Both the position numbers and the translations under genes were made by a program. Shown piece after piece: positions 34,269 to 42,999 of a DNA stretch of 64,000 nt. The notes beneath the pieces were generated by a model, which worked only from the letters and a program-made list of their open reading frames with translations, made no database searches and had not been told where the DNA came from. Source of the DNA: Dehalococcoidia bacterium (GTDB taxonomy: Bacteria > Chloroflexota > Dehalococcoidia > Tepidiformales > Tepidiformaceae); NCBI GenBank assembly GCA_022827945.1, contig JAJEIT010000060.1, forward strand, positions 34,184 to 98,183, in the 5' to 3' direction. The number at the start of each line of letters is the position of its first letter. Within the stretch, counting starts at the first letter, position 1.

Positions 34269-35501
34269 ATGGTACGACAGGAAATCATCGACAAGAGCAC
34301 CGAGCTCCAGAAGACGCCGATGTCCGAGCGCATCGCGAACATCAAGGAAGAGCTGGCGGCAGGTGGCGACGAGGCGCAGCAGCTTCGGCGCCTGCCCGAC
34401 TGGGTCTCCAAGCTGATGGCCGACACGGGGCTCTACCGGCACACCCTGCCGAAGGAGCTGGGCGGCGAGGACATGACGGCGCGGGGCCAGATCGAGGCTA
34501 TCGAAGAGACCTGCGCGATCGACGGCTCGATCGGGTGGTGCGTGCAGATCAACTCAGAGATCAACGCGCTGGTGCTCCGACAGATGGACCCCGGCTTCGC
34601 GCACGAGATCTGCGACGACTGGTACTACCTCGTGTGCTCGGGCCTGGGGACGCCGAACGGCGAGTTCCCGGGGCGGACCGCGAAGCGCGAGGGCGACGGC
34701 TGGCGGACGACCTACCAGGGTGCGTTCGCCAGCGGTTGTTTCAACGCCACCTGGAACCTCGTGCTGAACCCAGCCGCGGAGATCGTGGACGAGGACACGG
34801 GGGAGATGGCAGACGCTTCGTTCATGGTGCCCAAGGGCGAGTTCGTGCCGGTAGACACCTGGAACATGGCCGGACTGCGGGGATCTGGCAGCCACGACGT
34901 GCGCATCGTCAACGAGTACGTTCCCCCGAAGCACCTGCTTCCGCAGAACGCGCTCGACTCGACGGAGCACTGGGAGAACCCAACGTACCGGAATCCCTCG
35001 CAGGTTCCCTACAACAAGGCAGCCGTGGCGCTCGGTATCGCGCGGGGGGCGATCGACGAGCTGGTCGACCTGGCGATGGTGAAGACGCCCTGGATGTCGG
35101 GCTCGACGCTGAAGGACCAGCCCGAGGCATACATCGGGATAGCCGAGTGCGAGGCGACGCTGCGGGCGGCGCGGGCATTCGTGATGGAGTCGCAGGAGGA
35201 GATCGAGGCGAACCTGGGGCCGCTCGACGGGGGCCGCTCGGTGCCGGAGTGGCCGCTCCTGCGGCTGGGACTGCTCGCATCGACCCATGCAGCGCAGTCC
35301 TCGCGGCTGGTCGTCGACCGGATTCACAATCTGGGGGGCACGACCGCGGCGCGCATGGAGCATCCGCTGGAGCGGAAGTTGCGCGACGCCCACCAGGCGG
35401 CAGCGCACGGCGGTGTGAGCTGGCGCCACTACGGCGTCATGGGCAAGTCGTGGCTTGGCGACGAGATTCCGGCGCAGTACGCGGAGGTGCGGCGAGGGTA
35501 G
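34269..35501 (+). CDS. Acyl-CoA dehydrogenase-fold protein (group D flavin monooxygenase-like), paralog 3
   Basis: 410 aa. AGGAGG SD. Shares long identical blocks with paralog 2 (GWCVQINSEINALVLRQM, HPLERKLRDAHQAAAHGGVSWRHYG). Confidence 0.88.
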   Translation: MVRQEIIDKSTELQKTPMSERIANIKEELAAGGDEAQQLRRLPDWVSKLMADTGLYRHTLPKELGGEDMTARGQIEAIEETCAIDGSIGWCVQINSEINALVLRQMDPGFAHEICDDWYYLVCSGLGTPNGEFPGRTAKREGDGWRTTYQGAFASGCFNATWNLVLNPAAEIVDEDTGEMADASFMVPKGEFVPVDTWNMAGLRGSGSHDVRIVNEYVPPKHLLPQNALDSTEHWENPTYRNPSQVPYNKAAVALGIARGAIDELVDLAMVKTPWMSGSTLKDQPEAYIGIAECEATLRAARAFVMESQEEIEANLGPLDGGRSVPEWPLLRLGLLASTHAAQSSRLVVDRIHNLGGTTAARMEHPLERKLRDAHQAAAHGGVSWRHYGVMGKSWLGDEIPAQYAEVRRG

Positions 35502-35558
35502 GCGCGCCGGAGGCGCGCGGCTGCTAGCCGTTGGCGCGAAGGGCCGCGGAGAACAACG

Positions 35559-35592
35559 AGGGCGCTCCACCTCTGGGTGGGGCGCTCTTTCG
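35559..35592 (+). terminator. Intrinsic terminator-like hairpin downstream of ACAD-fold paralog 3
   Basis: 13-bp stem AGGGCGCTCCACC, loop tctg, GGTGGGGCGCTCT (two G-U pairs), followed by TTCGTG. The U-tract is weak. Confidence 0.55.
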
Positions 35593-35724
35593 TGCGCGTT
35601 TCGGGGCGTGACGGGGCGTTGAACCGGGGCCCGTTTTGTAACGGGTTGGGGCTGCATGAAGGGATCGTCAAGGAACGCGCGCGAGGGGTTTACAGGCGAA
35701 ATTGCGCGCGGGTAACCTCGTTTG

Positions 35725-35868
35725 CGTTGGAGGCGGGGTGAGCGGAGACCGGACGGAGCCCTTTCGGGGGAGACGGACGGGAAGGTGGGCCAAGGGCAAC
35801 CGAGGCGCGCCGGCTCCGGGAAACTACCTCCAGCGGAAAGCGCTCCACTCTCGGGTGGAGCGCTTTTT
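35725..35868 (+). ncRNA. Candidate small RNA of unknown class (speculative)
   Basis: Promoter-like TTTACA (35689..35694), 18 nt, TAACCT (35713..35718). The ~145-nt G-rich segment has nested complementary arms UUGGAGG (35726..35732)/CCUCCAG (35827..35833) and CGGAGCC (35754..35760)/GGCUCCG (35812..35818). It ends in a canonical terminator. No credible ORF is present. I could not match it to SRP, tmRNA, 6S or a known riboswitch by eye. Confidence 0.2.
35837..35868. terminator. Intrinsic terminator, plus-strand oriented; also lies just downstream of the convergent minus-strand hydrolase gene
   Basis: 12-bp stem AAAGCGCTCCAC, loop tctcgg, GTGGAGCGCTTT, followed by TTTTT. The sequence is nearly identical to the hairpin at 35559..35592. 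Confidence 0.7.
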
Positions 35869-35900
35869 CGTGCCTAGAGGTTGGTGGCCGGTGAGCCCGG

Positions 35901-37637
35901 CTAGCGCGGGATGACCGGGAGGGTGATGCAGGAGGGGCGGTTGGTGTCGTGGAAGACGGTTTGCCGAGCCGGAACCAGCTCCGTCTCGGTGTGGATGGGG
36001 CGGCCGGTGTTGGGGTTGCGGTCGAAGTGGGGGAAGTTCGAGGAGCTGATGTCGACGCGGATGCGGTGGCCCGGCTTGAAGACGTGGCTCGTCGCCCAGA
36101 GGTCGATGGCGAACTCGTAGGACTGGCCGGGGGTCATCATCTCCTGCTTGAGCAGGGAGTTGCGGTAGCGGGCGCGGATGATGCCGTCCTGGAGGTTCTG
36201 AACGTAGCCGTCGGGGCGCACGTCGCAGAGCTTGGCGGTGAAGTCGGTGTCGATGGCGCTGCTCGTCGCCCAGAGCGTGACGGAGATCGGTCCGGTGACC
36301 TCGAGCTCCTCGCTGAGGGGCTCACTGGTGTAGCAGAGGACGTCGCCGCGCTGCTCGGCGGGGGTCTGGTCGAACACGCCGGGAGGCGTGATGAGGTTGT
36401 TGCCGCCGAGGGTGGGAACGGGGTCGTCGGGGTCATAGACGAACGTGTCGGGACGCTCGTTGCCGGGAGCCTCCGGGCTGAGGACGCCGTCGCCGTTGAG
36501 GGTGTTGGCGGAGCCGCCGCTGTGCAGGTACCAGGGCGTGTAGACGGTGCGGGCGAGGGGCCACTCGTTCTCCTCGCGCCAGACGTTGTCGCCCATGACG
36601 AAGATGCGAACGGGCGGGTCGTCCATGATTCCCGTGTCCTCGCCTTTCAGCCAGTGGTCGAACCAGCGGAGCTGCTCCTCCTTGAGCTCGATGGCGGCGT
36701 TGGGGCCGAAGTCGAGGTCGCCGCAGCCACCGGTGGTGGGGACGGTGTAGCCGATGTGTCCCCAGGGACCCATCAGCAGCTTCTGGTTGGGGCGGGCGTT
36801 TTCGCCTCCGCGGGCGGTGATGCCACCGTACCCCTCGAGGGCGCCCTCTTCGAAGATGTCGTACCAGGAACCGACGTGGTACATCGGCTGGTTGACCTCG
36901 TGGAAGCGGCGGCGAAGGTTGATGTTCCACCAGTGGGGGCCATCGTCGGGGTTGGCGAGGTAGTCGGCGAAGTAGGGCGCGATCGTCGAGAGGCGGTCGG
37001 CCCAGGCGGTCATGGGCATCTCGCGGGCGGAGTGGTCGAGGAGGGGGCGAAAGCCATCGGCCTGGGCGAGCTCGGACTCGAAGTCGGGGAGGTCGGGGTC
37101 GAGGCCGAGGCGGCGGGCGGTGTCGCGTGCCTTGCTCGTGGCGTAGGCAGCCATCCAGCCGTGCTCGAAGGCGCCGCCGCTGCGATAGATCCAGCTCTGC
37201 TTGAAGTCGGTGGAGCCGGAGACGGGCATCTGCGCCTTGAGCGAGGGCGGCGACTCGGCCGCGACCATGTACTGGACGGCGGCGAGGTAGGACTGGCCGT
37301 AGGTGCCCACGGAGCCGGTCGACCATGGCTGGGCGGCGGCCCACTCGATCGTGTCGTAGCCGTCGAGGGCCTCGCTCACGTGGGGCTCGTACACGTCGCC
37401 CTCGGAGCCGAAGCGCGCGCGGGTGTCCTGGGTGACGACAGCGTAGCCGTGGGCGGTCCAGTAGTCGGCCATGACGAGGGGGCCGAGGGCGGTGCGCCCG
37501 TAGGGGGTGCGGGAGACGAGGGTGGGGAACCTGCCGGGGCCGGAGGGGCGGTAGACATCGGCCTGGAGGCGGACGCCGTCGCGCATCGGAATCATCACGT
37601 TCTCGTCGACGGTGACGCCTTCGATACGGTCGGCCAT
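35901..37637 (-). CDS. CocE/NonD family hydrolase (S15 X-Pro dipeptidyl-peptidase-like), copy 1
   Basis: 578 aa. GAGGTG SD. Blocks MIPMRDGVRLQADVYRP, TPYGR, GTYGQSYLA (GxSY nucleophile region) and a C-terminal beta-sandwich ending SSSNFPHFDRNPNTG. Confidence 0.88.
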   Translation of the reverse strand: MADRIEGVTVDENVMIPMRDGVRLQADVYRPSGPGRFPTLVSRTPYGRTALGPLVMADYWTAHGYAVVTQDTRARFGSEGDVYEPHVSEALDGYDTIEWAAAQPWSTGSVGTYGQSYLAAVQYMVAAESPPSLKAQMPVSGSTDFKQSWIYRSGGAFEHGWMAAYATSKARDTARRLGLDPDLPDFESELAQADGFRPLLDHSAREMPMTAWADRLSTIAPYFADYLANPDDGPHWWNINLRRRFHEVNQPMYHVGSWYDIFEEGALEGYGGITARGGENARPNQKLLMGPWGHIGYTVPTTGGCGDLDFGPNAAIELKEEQLRWFDHWLKGEDTGIMDDPPVRIFVMGDNVWREENEWPLARTVYTPWYLHSGGSANTLNGDGVLSPEAPGNERPDTFVYDPDDPVPTLGGNNLITPPGVFDQTPAEQRGDVLCYTSEPLSEELEVTGPISVTLWATSSAIDTDFTAKLCDVRPDGYVQNLQDGIIRARYRNSLLKQEMMTPGQSYEFAIDLWATSHVFKPGHRIRVDISSSNFPHFDRNPNTGRPIHTETELVPARQTVFHDTNRPSCITLPVIPR

Positions 37638-37734
37638 GGGGCACCTCTCTGCGGGTTCGGGGGCTGGTGGGCGGCATCGTCAGCGCGACCCCCACGCTTG
37701 TCAACGCATAGCCCCCAGCGGCAGGGCGAGGAGG

Positions 37735-39009
37735 TCAGCTGCCAGCGGCGGCGATGCGATCGAGGATGGGAAGGACGTAGGTTGCGAAGCCTTCGGGATC
37801 CTCCGACATGGGGAAGTGGCCGAGGCCCTCCATGATCTGGAGTTCGGCGCCGTCGATCGCGGCTGCGGCCTCCTGGGACACGGGAATCGTGAACCCGTCG
37901 TACTCCCCGGTGAGCATGTAGACGGGACACCTGGACGTGTCGATTTTGTCGGCCTCGCCGCGGAGGTCGTGGTCGTAGCTGAAGTAGTTGAGGTCGCCGG
38001 CAAAGACGCCGGGAGCACCCTGCGCGTAGTGCAAGCGAGTCTCCTGGCGGAAGGTCTCGGGGGCCTGGGGGGCCATAACCCACATCATGAGCTCAGCGTG
38101 GTGGGCGGGATCGGGAGTCGCCAGGACGTGCTGGAAGACGGCGTTGTCGATGATCGTATCGGTGTCGATCTTGAGACCGCCCTCGCAGGCGATCACGGCC
38201 CGGTAGGAGTCAGGGTGGTAGCGGGCGAGGTCGAGCGCGAGCATGCCGCCGACGGAAGCGCCTATGAAGGCCGGGCGGTCAAGGCCGAGGGCGGAGCCCA
38301 GTGCGTTAGGGACGGCCATGGCGAAGTCGCGGGTGAGCACGTAGGGCTCGGCCCACCAGGCGAGGTTGGCTGGGGGCAAGGACTTACCGTGGTACGGGAG
38401 GTCGTAGGCGATGACCCGGAAGCGGCTGGTGATGCGTTCGTCCTCGAGGAAGTGCCGCCACTGGCGGGCGTCCGCACCGGCGGTGTGCTGGCAGAGCAGG
38501 GGGATCCCTGATCCGGCCTCCTCGTAGTAGAGGCGGTACTCAAGACCGTCGATGTCGAGATGGATGTAGCGCCCGACGGCTGCGTCGTGCTGTCCATGCC
38601 GGCTCGGTGCGGCTGCCGCCTGAGGGGTCGGGTCTTTGCCGTTGCGCGCGTGGCGCAGGAGCTCGCAGAACCGTCTCATGGCGGCGTGGCGCTTGCGGTC
38701 GAAGGGCCCTGCCTCGAACGAGAAGCCCGCGAGGATGGCGCCGAAGGGATCGGTGAAGAAGGGAGGTGGTGGCGAGGTCAGCAGCTGGCCCCAGGTCGCA
38801 TCGTCGGCCGACCAGACGATGTTGTCGGCGTCGGGCACGGGGGCTGCGTCCCCCTCAGACAAGGCGGGGAGACCATCGGTGATGCGGACCACAGTCGCGT
38901 GGCCGTCGACCACCAGGGACAAGGATCCCACCCACTCAGCGGCGTGGATGCGGAACTCGGCGTCAGCTTCAGCGAGCCGCACCGCCTCGGCGATGGTTGA
39001 GGATTCCAT
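37735..39009 (-). CDS. Alpha/beta hydrolase with an extra ~150-aa N-terminal domain of unknown function
   Basis: The track ORF extends to 39054. ATG at 39009 is preceded by GGAGAGAG. The C-terminal ~270 aa form an alpha/beta fold with nucleophile elbow GASVGG and GHFPMSEDPE near the end. I do not recognise a family for the N-terminal domain (AEWVGSLSLVVDGHATVVRITDG...). Confidence 0.75.
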   Translation of the reverse strand: MESSTIAEAVRLAEADAEFRIHAAEWVGSLSLVVDGHATVVRITDGLPALSEGDAAPVPDADNIVWSADDATWGQLLTSPPPPFFTDPFGAILAGFSFEAGPFDRKRHAAMRRFCELLRHARNGKDPTPQAAAAPSRHGQHDAAVGRYIHLDIDGLEYRLYYEEAGSGIPLLCQHTAGADARQWRHFLEDERITSRFRVIAYDLPYHGKSLPPANLAWWAEPYVLTRDFAMAVPNALGSALGLDRPAFIGASVGGMLALDLARYHPDSYRAVIACEGGLKIDTDTIIDNAVFQHVLATPDPAHHAELMMWVMAPQAPETFRQETRLHYAQGAPGVFAGDLNYFSYDHDLRGEADKIDTSRCPVYMLTGEYDGFTIPVSQEAAAAIDGAELQIMEGLGHFPMSEDPEGFATYVLPILDRIAAAGS

Positions 39010-39043
39010 GGTCTCTCTCCGGGGAAGTGAGCTGGGAGCCGCG

Positions 39044-39049
39044 ATTATA
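39044..39049 (-). promoter_or_regulatory. Consensus TATAAT -10 box upstream of the alpha/beta hydrolase gene
   Basis: The minus strand reads gccTATAATcgcggctcccagctcacttccccGGAGAGAGaccATG, predicting a ~28-nt leader with an SD. Confidence 0.45.
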
Positions 39050-39139
39050 GGCATCCGCGGGATTCGTCAGCCGCCGGTAGGGCGGGTAGTCAGGGCGGTG
39101 TCGCGTCTCCAGAGGGCGCCTCGCCCACGGGTTTCGGGA

Positions 39140-40675
39140 ATGCCGGTATCCTTGCGCGCCGTGAGCACGGTCTACGACTACATCGTGGTTGGGGCGGGGT
39201 CGTCGGGGGCGGCGCTGGCGGCGCGGTTGAGCGAGGACGCGGACCGGTCGGTGCTGCTGTTGGAGGCGGGGCCGGACTACGCGACGACGGACGAGACGCC
39301 GCATGACCTGCGCTACGCGCACCGCGTGTCGGTGGTCGATCACGACTGGGGCTTTACGGCGAACGCGACGCCGGAGCGGGAGGTCTACTACCCGCGGGGG
39401 CGAGTGATGGGCGGCTCGTCGGCGGTGAACGGCACGCTCGCGATCCGGGGCACGCCGGAGGACTTCGACGAGTGGGCGGCGCTGGGAAACGAGGGCTGGT
39501 CCTGGGAAGACTGCCTGCCCTTCTTCCGGAAACTCGAGAACGACCTGGACGCATCCGGAGACTTCCACGGGAAAAGCGGGCCGCTGCCGATCGTGCGCTG
39601 GCGCCCGGACGAGATGCGGCGGCCGGGACAGGCGTTCATCGACGTGTGCCAGGAGTTCGGCTTCCCCTACGCGGAGGACTTCAACGACCCGGAGGCGACG
39701 GGCATCAGCCCGATGGCGCAGAACCGCAACGTCGACACGCGCATCTCGACGGCGATGGCGTACCTGGAGCCGATCCGGCACCGGCTGAACCTGACGTTCC
39801 GGGGCGGCTGCCTCGTGAACCGCGTCCTGATCAAAGACGGGCGGGCGACGGGGGTAGCGGTCGACGCGGACGGTGAGATGCAGACGGTTCGCGGGCAGAA
39901 GGTGGTTCTGTCGGCGGGGGCGATCATGTCGCCGCCGATCCTGGTGCGGTCGGGGATCGGGGCGCGGGAAGACGTGGAGGCGGTGGGGGCGACGCTGGTG
40001 CGGGAGCTGCCGGGCGTGGGTCGCAACCTGATCGACCACCCGCTCTGCTCGGTCGTGTGGCGCTCGAAACCGGGAGTCTCCGTGATGCCCGACCCACCCG
40101 TGCAGACGATGCTGCGGTACACCGCGAGCGGCGGCGAGACGAACGACATGCAGATCTACATGGTCAACCACTTCCCCGGACGGGAGGGGAACTTCGCCCT
40201 GCTGGTCATCCTGCAGCGGCCGAAGTCGCGGGGGCGGCTCCACTTCGAGAGCGCCGACTATCGGGCGCAGCCGCGGATCGAGCTCAACTTCTTCTCGGAC
40301 CCGGACGGCGACGATGTCCGCCGACTGCGGGAGGGCCTGCAGCTCTCGCAGCGGATGGGGGAGCACCCGGCGATCGCGCAGTACGCGGAGGCGTTGGAGA
40401 CCCCGTCGGCGGAGGTGCTGGCGGACGACGACGCGCTCGACGCGTACGTCCGGGCGAACGGGTCGCACAACTTCCACCCGGTGGGAACGGCGAAGATGGG
40501 TCCGGCGAGCGATCCGGGGGCGGTGGTCGACGCGCAGTGCCGCGTCCACGGCATCGAGGGACTGCGGGTGGTGGACGCGTCGGCCATGCCGGAGATCGTG
40601 CGGGCGAACACGAACCTGACGTGCATCATGATCGGAGAGCGGGTAGCGGAGCTGATTCGCGAGGAGCGCGGCTAG
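39140..40675 (+). CDS. GMC family FAD-dependent oxidoreductase (choline dehydrogenase-like)
   Basis: The track ORF 38636..40675 is a composite. FAD fold YDYIVVGAGSSGAALAARLSED, GGSSAVNG, and C-terminal HPVGTAKMG...RVHGIEGLRVVDASAMP. The start is ATG at 39140 or GTG at 39161. Confidence 0.9.
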   Translation: MPVSLRAVSTVYDYIVVGAGSSGAALAARLSEDADRSVLLLEAGPDYATTDETPHDLRYAHRVSVVDHDWGFTANATPEREVYYPRGRVMGGSSAVNGTLAIRGTPEDFDEWAALGNEGWSWEDCLPFFRKLENDLDASGDFHGKSGPLPIVRWRPDEMRRPGQAFIDVCQEFGFPYAEDFNDPEATGISPMAQNRNVDTRISTAMAYLEPIRHRLNLTFRGGCLVNRVLIKDGRATGVAVDADGEMQTVRGQKVVLSAGAIMSPPILVRSGIGAREDVEAVGATLVRELPGVGRNLIDHPLCSVVWRSKPGVSVMPDPPVQTMLRYTASGGETNDMQIYMVNHFPGREGNFALLVILQRPKSRGRLHFESADYRAQPRIELNFFSDPDGDDVRRLREGLQLSQRMGEHPAIAQYAEALETPSAEVLADDDALDAYVRANGSHNFHPVGTAKMGPASDPGAVVDAQCRVHGIEGLRVVDASAMPEIVRANTNLTCIMIGERVAELIREERG

Positions 40676-40761
40676 GCGCGTTCAGTGCGGGCTGTTGGCC
40701 TTTGGCTGTTGGTCCGCCCCGCGCTCCGAGCTCTGGAGTACCATTCGGCCCGGAGCCCCAA

Positions 40762-42081
40762 ATGGCCAGCAGCCAGCAGCTAACAGCCGACCCCAGCCTG
40801 ATCGAGCCGGGCGAGTTCGTCACGGACGAGTTTCGGATTGACCCGTTCCCGGTCTACAAGCGGCTGCGGGAGTACGAGCCGGCCTACCAGGACAAGTTCC
40901 AGAACCGCTGGATCATCTCGCGGTACGAGGACATCTGGGCAATCTACAAGGACAACGCACGGTTCACGCGGGCGACCTACGACCCGCACGGGAAGCACAA
41001 GTTCGGGTCGGACTCGACGATGGGGTTCACGCTGAACGACCTGGGGGAGGGGCAAGACTACATCTGGCTGCGGGGAATCGTGGCGGGCGAGTTCGTGGGG
41101 AAGCGGCTGGAGAAGCGGGTGCCCCTGATCGAGCGGATCGCGACGAAGATCATCGACGATTTCATGGAGAAGGCACGGGCGGAGCAGAAGGCCGGGCAGG
41201 CCTCGCGGGGGATGGTGGACCTGGTATCGCAGTTCAGCGAGCGTTTCCCGATCCGGGTGATCGCGGGGATGCTGGGGCTGCCCGAGGAGGACAACGACTA
41301 CTTCGAGGCGGTGTACGACCGGCTGTTCGCGGGGAACGGGTACGGACGGGCGCACTTCCGGCGGGGCGTGGCGGCGCGGGACGAGCTGTTCGCCTACCTG
41401 GACCCGATGTTCGACGAGCGCATCGCGGAGCCGCGCGACGACCTCTTGTCGGTGTTCTGCCACGCGGAGAAGGACGGCGCGAAGATGACGCGCGACCAGA
41501 TGCGGGGGTATGTGGCGCTGCTGCTGGTCGGTGGGGGCGACACCACGCACAAGGCGATCGACGCCATGTGGTGGAACCTGCTTCGCAACTACGACCAGTA
41601 CGAGGCGGTACGGGACGACCCGGAGCTGATGGACCGCGTGTTTACGGAGATGCTGCGCTTCGACGGCTCCAACCACTGGCAGCGGCGGCGGGCGAAGGTG
41701 GAGGTGGAAATCCACGGGCGCGTGCTGCCGGTGGGGGCGACGGCGTGGCTGGGGCTGGGGTCGGGGAACCGCGACGAGCGCGTGTTCAAGGACCCGGACA
41801 GCTTCAACATCTTCCGGGACGACCTGTACTTCGGGAAGGAACTGCGAACGGGGTATTGGAAGGACGGAGTCGCGAGCCACCTCGGGTTCGGGCAGGAGAC
41901 GCACTTCTGCCTGGGGTACGCGCTGGCCCGGCAGGAGTCGGTGATCTCGTCGCGCATCCTGCTGGAGCGGCTCAAGAACCCGCGACTGGCGGACGTCCCG
42001 AACGAGGGCATCGCCTTCCCGCCACCGGGGCGGGGCGGTGTGCGCGGCCTCCAACATCTTGAGATCGAGTTCGATCTGTAG
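40762..42081 (+). CDS. Cytochrome P450, copy 1
   Basis: The track ORF 40057..42081 is a composite. ATG at 40762 is preceded by GGAG and 6 nt. I-helix LLLVGGGDTT, ExxR EMLRFD, and heme loop FGQETHFCLGYALARQE. Confidence 0.9.
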   Translation: MASSQQLTADPSLIEPGEFVTDEFRIDPFPVYKRLREYEPAYQDKFQNRWIISRYEDIWAIYKDNARFTRATYDPHGKHKFGSDSTMGFTLNDLGEGQDYIWLRGIVAGEFVGKRLEKRVPLIERIATKIIDDFMEKARAEQKAGQASRGMVDLVSQFSERFPIRVIAGMLGLPEEDNDYFEAVYDRLFAGNGYGRAHFRRGVAARDELFAYLDPMFDERIAEPRDDLLSVFCHAEKDGAKMTRDQMRGYVALLLVGGGDTTHKAIDAMWWNLLRNYDQYEAVRDDPELMDRVFTEMLRFDGSNHWQRRRAKVEVEIHGRVLPVGATAWLGLGSGNRDERVFKDPDSFNIFRDDLYFGKELRTGYWKDGVASHLGFGQETHFCLGYALARQESVISSRILLERLKNPRLADVPNEGIAFPPPGRGGVRGLQHLEIEFDL

Positions 42082-42156
42082 GGTCGGCACCGTTCTCGCC
42101 GCGAGGGGAGGACGTCTCGCTGGCAGCGGCGCCTGGTGACCACGAGGAGAAAGAGC

Positions 42157-42990
42157 ATGAGGATCGGCATCTCCATTCCCGTGAGGGACCTGCAGGACGA
42201 CCACGAGGGCATAGCGCAGTTCGCGCGCGAGGCGGAGGAGCTCGGGTTCACGCACCTGCGCGTGCCGGACCGGGTCGCGGCAGTGGGGGTCGACCACGTG
42301 CACGAGCCGCTCACGCTGCTGGCGTGGGTGGCGGCGCACACGGAGACGATCGAACTCGTGCCTTCGGTGATCGTGCTGCCGACGCGACAGACGGTCGTGG
42401 TGGCGAAGCAGGCAGCGGAGATCGACCGGTTGAGCGGCGGGCGGCTGCGGTTCGGAGTGGGGGTAGGGGCTCGCGCCGAGGACTACACGGCGTTCGGGCA
42501 GGACTTCCATACGCGGGGGCGGCGCTGCGACGAGCAGATCGAGGTGCTGCGGCGGCTCTGGACGGAGGAGGAAGTGCACTTCGAGGGGCGGTGGGACCGG
42601 CTGGCGGGGGAGCGGATTAACCCGCTGCCGGTGCAGCAGCCTATCCCGATCTGGATCGGCGGGGCGAGAGAGCCGGGAGCGTCGGTGATGCGCCGCATCG
42701 GGCGGCTATCGGACGGGTGGTTCGCGCTGATGGCCCCGGATGCCTACGGGGCCGTGCGCGAGGCCGTCTCGGCGGAGGCGGAGGCGGGCGGCCGCGACCC
42801 GGCGGCGCTCGGCTCGGAGAGTGCCGTGCAGATCGTCGGGAAGTCGGAGGCGGAGTGGCTGGCAGAGGTCGAGGCGTGGCGCGAGACGGGCGTCACGCAC
42901 CTGTGCCTGCGAACTCTGGGAGTCGGGCTCGACACGGCCGGTCACCTGGAGGCGCTGCACGGGGCGCGGGCGGCGCTCGACCGGCTGTAG
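42157..42990 (+). CDS. LLM-class F420-dependent oxidoreductase (short, ~277 aa type)
   Basis: ATG at 42157 is preceded by GAGGAGA and 6 nt. Starts MRIGISIPVRD, then GFTHLRVPDR, LSGGRLRFGVGVG, PIWIGG. Confidence 0.8.
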   Translation: MRIGISIPVRDLQDDHEGIAQFAREAEELGFTHLRVPDRVAAVGVDHVHEPLTLLAWVAAHTETIELVPSVIVLPTRQTVVVAKQAAEIDRLSGGRLRFGVGVGARAEDYTAFGQDFHTRGRRCDEQIEVLRRLWTEEEVHFEGRWDRLAGERINPLPVQQPIPIWIGGAREPGASVMRRIGRLSDGWFALMAPDAYGAVREAVSAEAEAGGRDPAALGSESAVQIVGKSEAEWLAEVEAWRETGVTHLCLRTLGVGLDTAGHLEALHGARAALDRL

Positions 42991-42999
42991 GAAGCGCCC

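Noticed and set aside
35720-35835. Possible SRP (4.5S) RNA, tmRNA, glycine/SAH/guanidine riboswitch or 6C RNA identity for the structured intergenic segment.
   Set aside because: Partial resemblances exist (CGGGAAGG..CCAAGGGCAA versus the SRP helix 8 region; CCGAGG..GGCUCCGG versus SAH elements). The diagnostic nucleotides are missing, however: the SRP AGCA loop, the tmRNA T-arm and tag, and the riboswitch cores. No downstream same-strand gene exists for a riboswitch to control.
35702-35914. A 70-aa ORF in the large intergenic region.
   Set aside because: The translation is G/R-rich low complexity. The ORF runs through a terminator hairpin and into the convergent gene, and it has no SD.
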